Assembly (NCBI RefSeq): GCF_006345805.1
Contig: NW_021833081.1
Location: 1 to 64,000 of the forward strand
Reading direction: 5' to 3'
DNA from: Octopus sinensis
Lineage: Eukaryota
DNA length: 64,000 nucleotides
Numbering within the stretch: position 1 is the stretch's first letter; each line of letters begins with the position of its first letter. Made by a program: the position numbers and the translations under genes. The notes beneath the pieces were generated by a model. It was given only the letters and a program-made list of their open reading frames with translations, had not been told where the DNA came from and ran no database searches. This document shows, piece by piece, positions 50,621-64,000 of this stretch.

Positions 50621-51149
50621 ACTTGTTTTGTTTTTTGTTCGAAGTTAGAGTTAGGGGATTTATATCGGGAGATTTATTGGGTTAAGGTTTAAAAATAAAT
50701 TGAGGATGAAGTAAAGAATTAATATTTATCTCAGAGTGGGATGAAGTAAGGTAGAGAGAAGAGAGGAAAGACGTAAGGTAGAAATAAGAGTTATAGGGAT
50801 ATAGAAGGAGCATGCGTTAATGATCATGGGGGTTTGTATGTGGGTACTATTCGCGGGGGTGGGGTGGGGTTACATTTAGATTTATGAAAGAATATCAAAG
50901 TGCGGAGGAATTTTTGCTTACACGTTGTCTATTTTTTACGCAATATTGGTGAGATGTGGATTAGGATTTTGAGAGCTTCTTCTATGCAAAGACCACAACT
51001 TTGTATATATATATACACACAAATATATATGCAAATATACATACATATATATATATACATACACACAACACACACACATATACATACATATGCATACACA
51101 TACACACTCTTGTATGTGCATACATATATACATAGACAGAGATCTATCT

Positions 51150-51407
51150 CGTGTCACACCAAGCTTTTGGCAAAATTCGATGCAGATTCTCTGCTCAACT
51201 TTCTCTGTCATGGTCAATGCGACAATCACACGCTACACACTTTCCTTCCAAGCACTGCTGTAAACAGCGGAAGTGATCTTGAACGTTAAAACTTAGTGCA
51301 CATGTACAACAGAGTTCAAGGTCAGTCTGTGCCAAGCGGCTTCACTCTGCGTATTTTAGCTTCGTTACTATGACAACAGTCCGGATACTTATTGATCAGA
51401 CCACGTA
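51150..51407 (-). mobile_element. Mariner 5' end (TIR plus transposase start)
   Basis: TA-flanked end TACGTGGTCTGATCAATAAGTATCCGGACT; ATG at 51211 gives MTEKVEQRICIEFCQKLG. Confidence 0.8.
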
Positions 51408-51413
51408 TATAAA

Positions 51414-51806
51414 CACGAGAGGGTACTGAAAAGTTCCTGGCTTCGGGTAAAAGAAAACACAGGAGTGTCTGGGGAGAGTCATTTTCTGTTGGTGCCTCAT
51501 AATTTAACACATTCACCGGTAACATTTCCACAAAGAGAAAATGACTCTCCCCAGACACAACAGAATATGCTTCAACACACAAACTCACACAAAGAATCTT
51601 GTAAACCAAGTCCAAAAATAAAAGAAAATACACACGAAAATCTGTTAATTAGGATTTTATTCAACATTTTCTCCTCTCAGATTCACACACTTTTTGCAGC
51701 GGTCCTTTAGTTTTTCTAAGCCCTGTAAAAGAACTCGGAAAATTGGGTCTCCATCCAGGGCCTTCGTGATATCTTTGAAGCCAGAAACATTACAGCACTC
51801 TTCGTA
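51414..51806. mobile_element. Mariner-derived MITE with ~170-bp internal insertion
   Basis: Homologous to 16374-16595 (TIR-like ACGAGAGGGTACTGAAAAGTTCCTGGC / GCCAGAAACATTACAGCACTCTTCGTA) with extra sequence after AAAGAAAACACA. Confidence 0.75.
51465..51558. repeat. 94-bp element with 23-bp perfect inverted ends
   Basis: GTGTCTGGGGAGAGTCATTTTCT (51465-51487) and AGAAAATGACTCTCCCCAGACAC (51536-51558). Confidence 0.85.
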
Positions 51807-52398
51807 CACACACACACACACACACATCCAATTATATGTCTAGGTATATGCACACATTTTCAATGTATTTGAATTGCTGTTGGCTCTTTGAAAGCGATCT
51901 ACTGCCATCCACCATTTGCTTTCTCTAATTCCCGCCTTTTAACACGTTCTGTCTGTTTGTCTTTTAACCTGCTGGAGTGGATTTTGTTGGGGGGGGGGAG
52001 CAAAGAAACAACACAAAACGCAAAAAAAACCGTATAATAATAAAAACAAAAGAAGACAATGAATCACAACAGAACCGCACACATATACACACCTACACAT
52101 ACCAACACACACACACACATATATAAACAAACACGTACACACGCACGTACACGTTTACGTAAAGATTGATATACACACATGCATACACACACATGCACAC
52201 ATACAGACATACACACAGAATTTATCGGTTTCCTCGTCTCTTTGAAACCCAACGCCACTATTTACATGTTTGGCAAAATTCCAACCAGGTGATACTGAGT
52301 GTATATGGACGTGCACACATGCGTGTGTGTGTGTGAGTGTTTATGTATGTATGTATATACGCATGTGTGGACGTGGATATATATGCCTTATTTGTGAA

Positions 52399-52437
<39 letters not shown>

Positions 52438-52460
52438 GCGTACGCATATATATAAATATG

Positions 52461-52507
<47 letters not shown>

Positions 52508-53419
52508 ATATATATACATGCATTTATGTATATATCTACATATATATATATATACTTGTGTACGTGTGTATATGTAAACACGTGTGTGTACGTGTAACCA
52601 TAGTTATGTCTATATATATATATAGGTGTATGTTTATACATCTTTATGCATATATATGTGACAATGTGTACGTAGAGAGAGAAAGAGAGAGAGAGAGAGT
52701 GAAAAAAAGAGAGGGAGACAGAAAGAGAGAGAGGATTGTGGTCGATATTGTGAGAGGGGAAACTATGTTTATGTGGCCCTCCGTTCACTGTCTCCTCTCA
52801 CCCTTCCTCTTTCGCTTAATGGAATTTACATGATGGCAACTTTGCCATATTAATGACTATCTATAGTGACATCTATGTTACAAACATACACACACACACA
52901 CACACATACACACACACACAACACACACACACACACACATACACACACTAACATGCATCTTCACCCATATGCACTCACTTCTACACACGCCTACAGACGT
53001 CTGTAGTCATGTATATAATGCACATATCTACACACTTGCATTCGCCTATAAGCATAGACAAAAATATGCATTCATTATATATGAATGCATATTTTTGTCT
53101 ATGCTTATAGGCGAATGCAAGTGTGGTAGATATGTGCATTATTACATGATGCACACACGTTCATATACACAAAACACACACGTTCATATATATATATCTA
53201 TATTATATATTATATATATATATGTATAATATACATATATATATATATATATATAATATATATATATACATATATATATATAATATAATATATATACATA
53301 TTATATATTTATAGGTGTATATATTATATATAATAATAACATCCACAACTCCCTCTCTCTATGTATACATCCGCACACACTCACACATATGTTTGTATGT
53401 ATTTATGTGTATGTTTGTA

Positions 53420-53566
53420 TGTATGTATCTATCTATCTATTTATCTATCCATCTATCCACCCAACACCTATCTACCTACCTACCTACCTACGTACCTACG
53501 TACTACCTACCTACCTACCTACCTACCTACCTACCTACCTACCTACCTGCCTGCCTGCGTGCCTGC

Positions 53567-53632
<66 letters not shown>

Positions 53633-53645
53633 CTCTATCTATTCA
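53420..53645. repeat. (CTAT)n/(CCTA)n tetranucleotide block
   Basis: Direct reading. Confidence 0.9.
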
Positions 53646-53649
53646 TCTA

Positions 53650-54010
53650 TCAGCAATGGGCCGAGAGGAAGCTATCCCTAAAAGGTCGGGCGGAGGTGAC
53701 GAATGCGTACATCACATCCGTCATCGAGTACTGTCCGACCGTCGTGCCTTGCCCCGACCCTACCATCAACAAACTGGAATGCATATTCTTCCGCTTCTTG
53801 TGGAAGGGAAGCGTTCCGATGGTTAGACGATCCATTTGCTGTCAACACCGGCTAAATGGAGGGCCAGGCATGCCGTGGTTGATGACATGAGCTGATGACT
53901 GCGACATCTCCGGCGCTCCATAGACGACGGTGAACAGGTGTGGTCGCTTTTTGTGTGTCGCGCTTTCCCGCAGCTCGTCTTCTTGGTCGAAATGCAGTCG
54001 TGGATGAAAC
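53650..54010 (+). mobile_element. L1/Tx1-clade LINE, post-RT fragment
   Basis: WAERKLSLKGRAEVTNAY..SVI.Y...VPCP..TINKLE..FFRFLWKG..PMVRRSIC......GG.GMPWL matches the L1/Tx1 thumb region W..R.LS..GR...FLW...GGLG.P. Confidence 0.75.
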
Positions 54011-55084
54011 TTTAAGATAAAAGAATAGTGTTATGGTTCCCGAATTGTTGAGTATCACACCTTCCGTCTCTGCTCTCAATCCAATGCGATTGAGCAACAG
54101 TTATGGCCTCATTTGATCTACATTTGCACTTGGCATCGTGTTTTGGACATTTCTTGTGCTTTACTTTGCTTCCATCGCAGTGTTTTTCTGCGTTTAAATC
54201 TGGCCATCGTATTTTGCATTCTACTTTACTCGTCTGACGTAGTTGGTTGTCACTTTGTTATAAGTTGATGAGGTTTACGGGCAGCAAAACTTTTTCGTTA
54301 GTTGCCTCAGTTCTCTCTTAAAAAGAATGCCTGGCGCCTTACAATTCGGGGAAAGGTGTCATTTATTTTTACATCTATCGTAACATTAATGATATTAAAG
54401 GTCAGTTCAAGTTGAACTAGGACTTGTCCTAGAGGATTTGGTAGGTACGACGTGCGACATTTGCTTCCAGGTTATGATACATCTCTACGATCAGCATCGT
54501 TCTCATCCTGGACCGCACAAGATCCTTGTCTACATCCTTTCTCCTATAACTATACTGATATAAAACAGTTGATGATACTGAGAGTATCAACCTGTCGAGT
54601 AACAATATGGAAATATATATAAATATATATATATATATAAGTAAATGTTTATATATATATATATATATTATAATATAAATATATATATGTATGTATATGT
54701 GTGTGTACGCAGGTGCATGAATGTGTGTGTGCATGTGTTGTGTGTATGTATGTATATATATTGGTGTATATATATATATATATGTGTGTGTATGTATATT
54801 GTAAATATTAACGCTAATGCTGAGCTTAATAACTCAGGAAAATATAATGTTCGTGTGATCTTCGTTATGGCATGAACGCCTGTGAAGAATGGTACTTAAC
54901 AGAAGAAGAATCGTTTCAAACGCACGGAATATAAATAGGAGGAGATAGTCTCCAAATTCTAATTCCTTATAAAAATACAGCATACTTTAGAAAGAACAAA
55001 AAAAAAAAAAGAAAAGAAACCCAGAGCTTTAATAAAGTTGGATGTCGGGAGGGAAGGTCACAGATTGTCATTCACTTCTAGAAG

Positions 55085-55119
55085 TAGCAATAATAATAAT
55101 AATAATAATAATAACAATA

Positions 55120-55174
<55 letters not shown>

Positions 55175-56499
55175 GTGAAAATAGTAATGACGATAATAAT
55201 ATTAGTAGATGATATTAAACTAAGAAATATTCATACTAAGAGAAAATATATCAACGGAGAAGGAAATGACACTAACCAACAACAAAAGCAATAAAAAAAA
55301 AAAAAAAAAATAATAATAATAATAATAATAATAACAACAACAACCATAATAATGATGTATGGCCAGAAAAACCGATGATGATCATATCATATTATACAGT
55401 ATTTTTTTTATATTGTCTCATATTTTCACTAACTTTTTATATATATATTATCTTTTATTTTTTTCAATTTTTTAACATTATTTTTATTATTTTTATTGTT
55501 GCAGAAGTTGGTATTATTATTGTTGTTGTTATTATCATTATTTATTAAAAGCTATATATTATAATTTTTTTGTCATGTTAATAATGATGACTATTATTAT
55601 CATATACTGCCATTAGTATTATTATCATTATTATTAATATTATTATTATTATTATTGTTGTTGTTGTTATTATTATTATTATTACTATTATTACTATTGG
55701 TGTTGTTGTTGTTCTTGTTATTTATTTTTATATTACATTTAATATCATCATCATCGTCGTTAATATTATTATCATCATTATTATTACTAATATTTATTAT
55801 TATTAATAATATTCTGTTTCTATGAATATTATTGTGACGAAGATTGCCATTCTTCTTCTTCTTCTTCTTCTCCTCCTCCTCCTTCTTGCTATTATTACGA
55901 TTATTATTATTTAAAAGAAACATTATAAGAATTACTACAACTGCTACTACTACTAGCGCTACTACTACTACTACTACTACTACTATACTACTACTACTAC
56001 TACTACTACTACTACCACTAGAGCTGCTCTTATTGAAACATCCAGCTTCTATCAATATTATTTTGACGCTAATAATTGTTATTTTTGTTGTTATATTGTT
56101 ATTATTGTTATTATTATTACTAATGTTACTGTTGCTATTATTACTATTTTCTTTGTTATTGTTGCTGTTATTATTATTATTATTATCATTATTATTGTAG
56201 CTGTTATTGTTGTTGTTGTTGTTATTAACTATTGAGGTTGTTAAAAAGGAAGAAAGCAGCAATGTCGGCTGTTTAACGAACTGCTACGCTCCATAGATGC
56301 ATAAATCAGGAAAAAGAAATTTCCTCAGATAATGGCGTATGTTAGGTTTAGATATTAGCCGAGGTTCCATGTAAATTTTTAAATATTATTTCCATTTTTA
56401 GATTTATTTCATTTCAATTGAAAATACTAAATAATAATAATGATAATAATAATAACGATAATAATAATAAATAATAAATAATAATAATAATAATAATAA

Positions 56500-56531
<32 letters not shown>

Positions 56532-56539
56532 TAATAATA

Positions 56540-56588
<49 letters not shown>

Positions 56589-56600
56589 TAATAATAAAAA
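55085..56600. repeat. Extended (AAT)n/(TAT)n/(TAC)n/(GTT)n low-complexity region
   Basis: Direct reading; yields the poly-N and poly-L ORFs. Confidence 0.85.
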
Positions 56601-58022
56601 GAAAATTAGAGAATTATTTTTTTTGTTACTTTTTCCTCTCAAAATATCAATGATTATCTCTTCCTTTAATGGCGACCATAAAGTAAAATGTCTTACACAG
56701 GCATATACACACAGACTCGCATTCAGACACACGCATGCGCATATACGCGCATACATGTGCAGATACACACATATATATATATGTATATTAACATATATAT
56801 GTGCGTGTGTGTGTGTGTGTGCGTGTAAATGTATGTATGTATCTATATTACTTGTAGAAATCATAAGTGTCGGCCCATGAAATCTAATATGGATGTGGGT
56901 GGGTGTATGCGTATATATATACACACATACGCACACAGCACTTAAACACACTCACGTACACGCACATATCTATTTATATGCACTTATATATACTGTCTTA
57001 TCTCTCTGCCTCAGACATACACGTCTCTTTCTCTGTGTATGTATATATATATATATATTATATATATATATACATACACACACGCGCACACATATATATG
57101 CATATATGCATACATACATATGCATATGTTGGTGTATGTATATTAATATATACATGTATGTATATATAATATATATATATATATAAGTATATATATATGT
57201 ATACATATATACACATGTATAAGTATACACATAGAGAGGCTTGCGTACGTATATACACATCAATCGGTCGGCAGACGTTTAAGCATCTTGTATTTAGACG
57301 TATGCTTCAGTCTGTTCGCAGGAACGATGGTCTCCTCTCGGAAGTTAATAGAATAAGACTGATTCTAGTCACACGATAAGACAAGTTAATAGATAAAAAT
57401 AATCAAAATCTTTTAAAGAGACGTCCTGAAACAGGATATTGTGAATAGCCATGCCATTATGACTGGAGGTAATATCTGGAAGGTATTTCACTGACGTCAA
57501 CACAAATATCTAACGTTCGTAGCAAGACCGGACGAGCTTGAGTTTCACAGAAACAGCTATTAAAAAGCGTTTTACTATAAGACTATAAAAGCAAAAGATA
57601 TATATTGATAACAGAGCTGAGCGAATCTATTTAAATTTATCGCTTTCGTTGTAAAGATGAAAGTTTGCAAGTTGGCGAGGTTATGTGTTAATTAAATAGG
57701 TCAAACTTATACAACAACTTTAGGTCGGACTACAATGCTGCTGCTGTTACTAATACAAAATGATATTATAGTGTAATATAATATTTCATCAATTCAAACA
57801 CAGTCATCGATGGAGAGTTGACATCGACGTCGACATACAAACAGTTCGCCATTTCTAAAACGAACGAATTCTTTACAACAATATAAAAGAAAATAAAACA
57901 ACATTCAGAACTGGATTGGAAGATGTCTTGTGTTGGAGAGAAATAAAGAATATTGTATTGTTCGTGTGTGAGTGTTTGCGTTGAGGTGTGTGTTTGTGTA
58001 TGTGTGGATGAGTCTGTGTGTG

Positions 58023-58110
<88 letters not shown>

Positions 58111-59186
58111 ACTGGTGAGGTAGATGTTGAGGTGGTTGGAGTTGCAATGTTAAAAAGGTCAAACAAACAGCGCCATCTCTCGGAGACTAATTATTCATCT
58201 ATAAGGATTATGTCAGAACGACATTTGACAAATATAACAAAGTCAAACTTTTGAGTTCTGTACAATTTGTCTATAGAGAATCTACAAGGGAAAGAAAGAA
58301 AAAAAAGAAGAAAGAAAGAAAGGAAGGAAGGAAGGAAGGAAGGAAGAAACAGAGAGAGAGAGAAAGAAAATAAAAATAATCATAAAAAAAAGACAAACGT
58401 ACAAACACGAAAAACACATTAACAATTTTTCGCTCTTGCTGTTTCGCTGATTACTATAGAAATTTTAAAAGCCAGTCAGTAGGAAAATTTTTTGTGAAAA
58501 TGCAAAAACAGAAAATGGAAGAAAAAAGGGGATTTTATTGCAAGAGAGAGAGAGAGGCATCGCACATTCAAAGACTTTCAGAGCAATATCCATTCTATAA
58601 TTCCAATGATAGGATGATAAATTGGACCCTAATATTGAAAATAAAATTTGTTTCGGCATGAAAAAAAAAAAGGAAAAGAGAATGTTATTGATAATAATAT
58701 GAATAAGATAGAGAATCGCCAACAATCCTCGCTTTACTGTTGGCATCCATTAATATAAAAAGCATCACAACAACAACAACAACAACAAAGATAGCAGCGG
58801 CAGCAGCAGCAGCGGCGGTGGTGTACATATTCTACAGAACCACCTTCCGACATTAACACACATTACACTGATTATACAACACATATCACATACGAAATAC
58901 AAATACTATACAACATAATAAATAAAAACCACACAACGCAGACACTACAACAACAACAACAACAACAATAATAATAACTACAACAACAAGCATTAAAATA
59001 ACAAGAGAAACAACAAAATAAACCTGCAATAAAACTAATGGAGGAGACAAATGTAGGCGTAGGTGTCCTGCCCACATGGCTGCGTATACCTCAGAAATAT
59101 GGAGGTGTACCTGTTGATGGAGTAGAAACTTGGGTGGCAATGTTGACAACATGATGAATATTGGTTATTGCTCTTAATATTATTAA

Positions 59187-59410
59187 GTGTGTGAGCTGAC
59201 AGAATTGTTTGCGCTCCGGACAAAATGCCTAGCAGCTTTTCTTCCGGCTCTTTACGTTCTGATTTCAAATCCCGTCAAGGTCGACTTACCTTTTCATCCC
59301 TTTGGGGGGGGGGGGGGTCTATGAAATAAATACCAGTTATGCATTAGGGTCGATGTAACTGACTTGTCTCCTCCCCAAGTGTTGCTGGCCTTGTGACAAA
59401 ATTTGAAATT
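59187..59410 (+). mobile_element. SINE family B
   Basis: GTGAGCTGACAGAATTG...TTACGTTCTGATTTCAAATCCCGTCAAGGTCGAC...GCTGGCCTTGTGACAAAATTTGAAA. Confidence 0.8.
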
Positions 59411-59421
59411 GATATTATTTA

Positions 59422-59625
59422 GGGTGTGATGAGCTCGCAGAGTCGTTAGCTAGCCGGACAAAACGCTCAGCAGCAATTCTTCCGGATTTATACGTTCTGA
59501 TTTCAATTCCTGCTGCGGTCGACTTTGCCTTTCGTCCTTTCGGGGTCGATAAAGTGAATACCAGCTGAGTACTGGGGGTCGACGTAATCGACTAGGCGCC
59601 CTCCCCACCAATTTCTGCATTTCTA
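59422..59625 (+). mobile_element. SINE family B, second tandem copy
   Basis: GATGAGCTCGCAGAGTCGTTAGC...GTCGACTTTGCCTTTCGTCCTTTCGGGGTCGATAAAG...GTAATCGACT. Confidence 0.8.
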
Positions 59626-59727
59626 GAAAGGACTATTATCTTATTGCACAGAATGTTAATAAAACATTTGCGTCTATTGTTTTCTCCTCTTCAGGTTAAT
59701 TGCCAAGCCTTAATGAAGGTGCTGCGA

Positions 59728-59802
59728 TGGCGAATGGCTTAGTGGTTGGGACGCGCGGCTAACGATTGTTTGGTCATCAGTTCGATTTCCGGCCGGGCGT
59801 TG
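59728..59802 (+). mobile_element. Isolated tRNA-like SINE head
   Basis: A-box TGGCTTAGTGGTT and B-box AGTTCGATTTCC, truncated by (CTAT)n. Confidence 0.55.
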
Positions 59803-59803
59803 C

Positions 59804-59899
<96 letters not shown>

Positions 59900-59925
59900 G
59901 TCCGTCTGTCTGACTGTCTATCTAC

Positions 59926-60000
<75 letters not shown>

Positions 60001-60001
60001 G
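59803..60001. repeat. (CTAT)n microsatellite
   Basis: Direct reading. Confidence 0.9.
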
Positions 60002-60178
60002 TGAGAGTGTACAAAAAAACAACAAAAAAAAACAACAACAAAAGACGAAGACGGGAGTGTAAACAACAAACAGATGTATTAGTTTAACGCTCGGACGTGA
60101 TAAAGACTTTTACGTTTCGAGCCTACGCTCTTCGACAGAAAGGAACACGGAAATAAACAGGGAGAGAAAATAAAAATG
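60002..60178 (-). mobile_element. Short PLE-derived element (same family as 27270-27440)
   Basis: Reverse complement aligns with 27270-27440. Confidence 0.7.
60107..60142 (-). ncRNA. Minimal type-I hammerhead-like motif, A6U variant
   Basis: Minus strand CTTT-CTGTCGA-A-GAGC gtag GCTC-GAAAC GTA-AAAG. Confidence 0.6.
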
Positions 60179-60819
60179 GTTTAGTGGTTAGAGAAGCGAT
60201 AGCTAGATAATTCGATTAACTATCTATCTATTACCTGTCTGTCTATCTGTCAGTCTGTGTGTCAGTTTGTCTCTCACTCTCTTTCACTCTTGGTCTCTCT
60301 CTCTCTCTCTCTCTCGGTCTTTTATTGTTATAGTTTCATATCGAATTGGAACAATTAAAGAAACGGTCGTACAATCTATAATCAATCACACACACACGCA
60401 CACGCACACACACACACACACACACACACGCCACACACAATTGTCCCCCCCCCCGATACACGCCACACACACACAAACACACACATCTATACCAGCACCG
60501 CTAGTAACAGCAGCTGCTCACGTTGAGCTAAAAAAACTACAGTTACAAGAAGATCCATTCCACACCCCCAAGAAAAAAACATATAAATATAGATAGAACA
60601 GACATTCACACACCAAAGGCGGGAGACCTATCAAGCCTACACAAACCATGTACAATAACTGCAAGAACAGCAGCAGCAGCAGTGATAGTAACAATAAGAG
60701 GAACAACAACAACATTTTGCGATGAAGTTTCTATTTCCAGAATGGTAATATAGAAAATAGCAATTCATTAACGAACAACTTGTGGAATAACACTTTACTA
60801 AAAGGGAGACAAGCAAACG

Positions 60820-60968
60820 GACACACATATACATACATATACATACATATATACACACACACACATATATACATACACATGGATGTCTATATGTATGTAT
60901 GCATGTATATATATGTTATATTTATGTAAATAGGTATGAATGTATATATATGTATATAAATGAATGCA

Positions 60969-61062
<94 letters not shown>

Positions 61063-61063
61063 A

Positions 61064-61094
<31 letters not shown>

Positions 61095-61252
61095 CATATA
61101 TATATTTATATATGTACATATATATATATCAACAATAATAATAATAATTATAAGGATTATTTCGAAGTGGCATAACACACACAAACGCACAAACACACAC
61201 GCACATACACACATGCACACACGCATACACACACACACACACACGCACACAA

Positions 61253-61288
<36 letters not shown>

Positions 61289-61440
61289 TCACTCATCGAT
61301 ATTCTCTTGAGTGTACAGTAATTCCGGCGCGATTGAGGGATCAAGAGATTTGTTGGGAATAGATCTTAGATTGTATTAGTCGAAGCAGTAGCAGCATACG
61401 TACGCACACAGACGGAGATGCGTGTGTATATATATATGTA

Positions 61441-61505
<65 letters not shown>

Positions 61506-61596
61506 CTACATACATGCGCATATACGCAAAAACCTACGTAACCACATTTACTCACGCACGCGTGTGTGCTTGCGGGTTGGGAAGCGAATATGCGTA

Positions 61597-61655
<59 letters not shown>

Positions 61656-61910
61656 GAAAACACATACACATATAGAAATATACATTTATGTATGTGTGTG
61701 TTTATGTTTATATCTAATATTTTATGCTTATATTTTCATGTATGCGGAATTAATTTTGCATACATACTTACGGATATACATGTATGTTTGTGTGTGTGTG
61801 CGTATGTGTGTGTGTTTGTGTGTGTCTGCTTATGTGTGTGAGTGTGTGTGTGTGTCTATACATACATTTACACATACATCTACATATGCATCCATATGTA
61901 GACATATGTA

Positions 61911-61962
<52 letters not shown>

Positions 61963-61972
61963 GTATATATAT

Positions 61973-62035
<63 letters not shown>

Positions 62036-62110
62036 ATATATATATGTATATATATATATATATGTATATGTATATAAATTACATACATGGTTATGTTTGT
62101 AAAAATGTGT
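60820..62110. repeat. Long (TA)n/(CA)n/(TG)n microsatellite-rich region
   Basis: Direct reading. Confidence 0.85.
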
Positions 62111-62938
62111 ATTACACCCCACATGATGTATGATGTGCGGTTACGCTTGTCAATTGGCCTGCGATAAAATACAATGTGTGTGTGTGTGTATGTGAGTGTG
62201 CGTGCATGCATACATACCTACATACATAAATACACACAGTCAGAAACACACACACATACATAAAGCTACACGCACACATCTCAGCATATAATACAAGGTC
62301 ATATATAATATATTCATTATAGTTGTCATATTTTAAAAGCCATTAAAATCTACCAATAGAAATGTGTGCTAAGACCGATGCTTAAGTTTGATATATGATT
62401 TATAGGTTTGATATATGATTTATCGATGTATATATGAGGAAACAAATTAGTTGAAATTCAATACATTACTTGAATATAACCATTAAATTGAAACGATAAA
62501 TAACCTCGAAGAGTCTTCTTAAACATCGATAACCATTCTCTTTGTTGGGGATAAATTCTTCTGCAGTTATTTCATTTTAGGATGGTTTCTTTTGTTTTGT
62601 GTTGTTTCTGTATCGTTGAAAAATGCTTTACGTTCAGACATTTGGGTGTTTGACGTGTGTTTGACAAACAGAGAATTGGGAAGACTTTTGTGGTGGCTGA
62701 CTCGAGAAGGAATCGAACTTGCTCACTGTCCCGTCGTTTTTTTTTTTAATCAACACGGAAATTAGTTTTAAAAATTCAATTTAATGCTTTAAATATCGTA
62801 AAATGGAAAACGAGAGAATGAATCAGGAGGAGAAGCAGATCGAACCATGAATCAGCGATTGCTCCTCCGAGATTCCGATTGGGAACAATCATATTGGCGT
62901 AAGGAAGGAAAAAAAAACAAACAGGGATTAATAGAGAC

Positions 62939-63018
62939 ATGACGACGATGATGATGATGATAGCGATGATGATGATGATGATGATGATAGCGATGATGAT
63001 GATGATGATGATGATAGC

Positions 63019-63066
<48 letters not shown>

Positions 63067-63345
63067 AGCGATGATGATGATGATGATAGCGATGATGATG
63101 ACCACAACGATGACGATGACGACGATGACGATGATGATGATGATGACCACGACGATGACGACGATGATGATGACATTCGGGATGATAATGATAATGATAA
63201 ACGATGATGATGATAACGACGATGACGATGATGACAACGACGATGATGGCAGTGATGAACATGGCCGTATGATGAATATGATGGCAGTGATGACGATAAT
63301 GATGATGATGACGATGGTGATGATGATGATAATGATGGTAATGCT
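62939..63345. repeat. (GAT)n/(GAC)n trinucleotide block with GATAGC interruptions
   Basis: Direct reading; source of the poly-M, poly-H and poly-S ORFs. Confidence 0.9.
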
Positions 63346-63716
63346 GGTTCAGGCTGGTAAAATAGCCAAGAATTGTGGCAGTGGTATTGAGGTGAGATGG
63401 TGGGAGTAGTAATTGGTGAAGTTCTGTTGCCAAAAATCTCACAGTTGTTGTAGTTGTTGTTGTTGTTGGTGGTGGTGGTGAAGGCGATGGTGCTAGATGT
63501 AGTGCTTCTGGTAGTGAGGACAATAGAGGTGGGGGTGGGGTGTGAATGTATGTGTCTGTGTATGCGTGCGAATGTGTATATGTTTGTGTGTGAATAAGGA
63601 AACTCAGGAGGAAATCTGTGACGAGATATCTGTATAGGATGGCGATTGTTAAACATAGATGTATGCCTATGTATGCATATAGGGGCTTATAGGTGTGCGC
63701 GTGTATACATACATAC

Positions 63717-63793
<77 letters not shown>

Positions 63794-64000
63794 GAATAAA
63801 TGAAAAGAATGGAGTTCGTTCGACTCCATTCTTTTCATTTATTCATATACAAAAACACACAAATTTCCACACACGAACACGCGGTTCGGCCCTTGGCATG
63901 TAACTTCAACCGTGTTTTACTGACGTGAATTTGCTACCCAGGTATCGATTAACCGAATTATCCATACTAGGATAATTCATTCATCTACTTATATATATAT

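Noticed and set aside
54429-54600. Protein-like frames on both strands (RRKDVDKDLVRSRM...; GYDTSLRSASF...)
   Set aside because: No recognisable homology and only weak splice signals.
59038-59154. 38-aa ORF MEETNVGVGVLPTWLRIPQKYGG...
   Set aside because: Short, isolated, no splice or homology evidence.
59728-59802. Possible tRNA gene
   Set aside because: A and B boxes are present but there is no complete cloverleaf or acceptor stem; it matches SINE heads in the window.
62866-62905. accATG AATCAG...TGGC|GTAAGG candidate first exon (MNQRLLLRDSDWEQSYW)
   Set aside because: No promoter-like context or downstream partner visible; chance match is likely.

Overview
AT-rich, microsatellite-saturated eukaryotic DNA. 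The SINE families look like those I recall from Octopus (from memory, no database search), and the window reads as intronic or intergenic. Almost all ORFs in the supplied track are translations of (TA)n, (CA)n, (CTAT)n, (AAT)n or (GAT)n repeats. I could not identify any host protein-coding exon with confidence; a few splice-signal-bounded candidates are listed at low confidence. The recognisable coding-like DNA is decayed transposon: two Penelope-like elements (PLEs, GIY-YIG endonuclease), three R4/Dong-like restriction-like-endonuclease (RLE) LINE pieces, RTE and L1/Tx1 fragments, and Tc1/mariner fragments and MITEs. There are also many tRNA-derived SINEs. The most notable signal is a set of type-I hammerhead ribozyme motifs tied to PLEs. 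A 2-kb PLE (41711-43753) has an inverted 5' copy of its own 3' end carrying a core-intact hammerhead, while the 3' copy has a C3G core change. Several short dispersed PLE-derived elements carry ~35-nt minimal hammerheads with non-canonical cores. Also present: a ~380-bp foldback palindrome, a tandem array of a retroelement-like 3' end, and several minisatellites.
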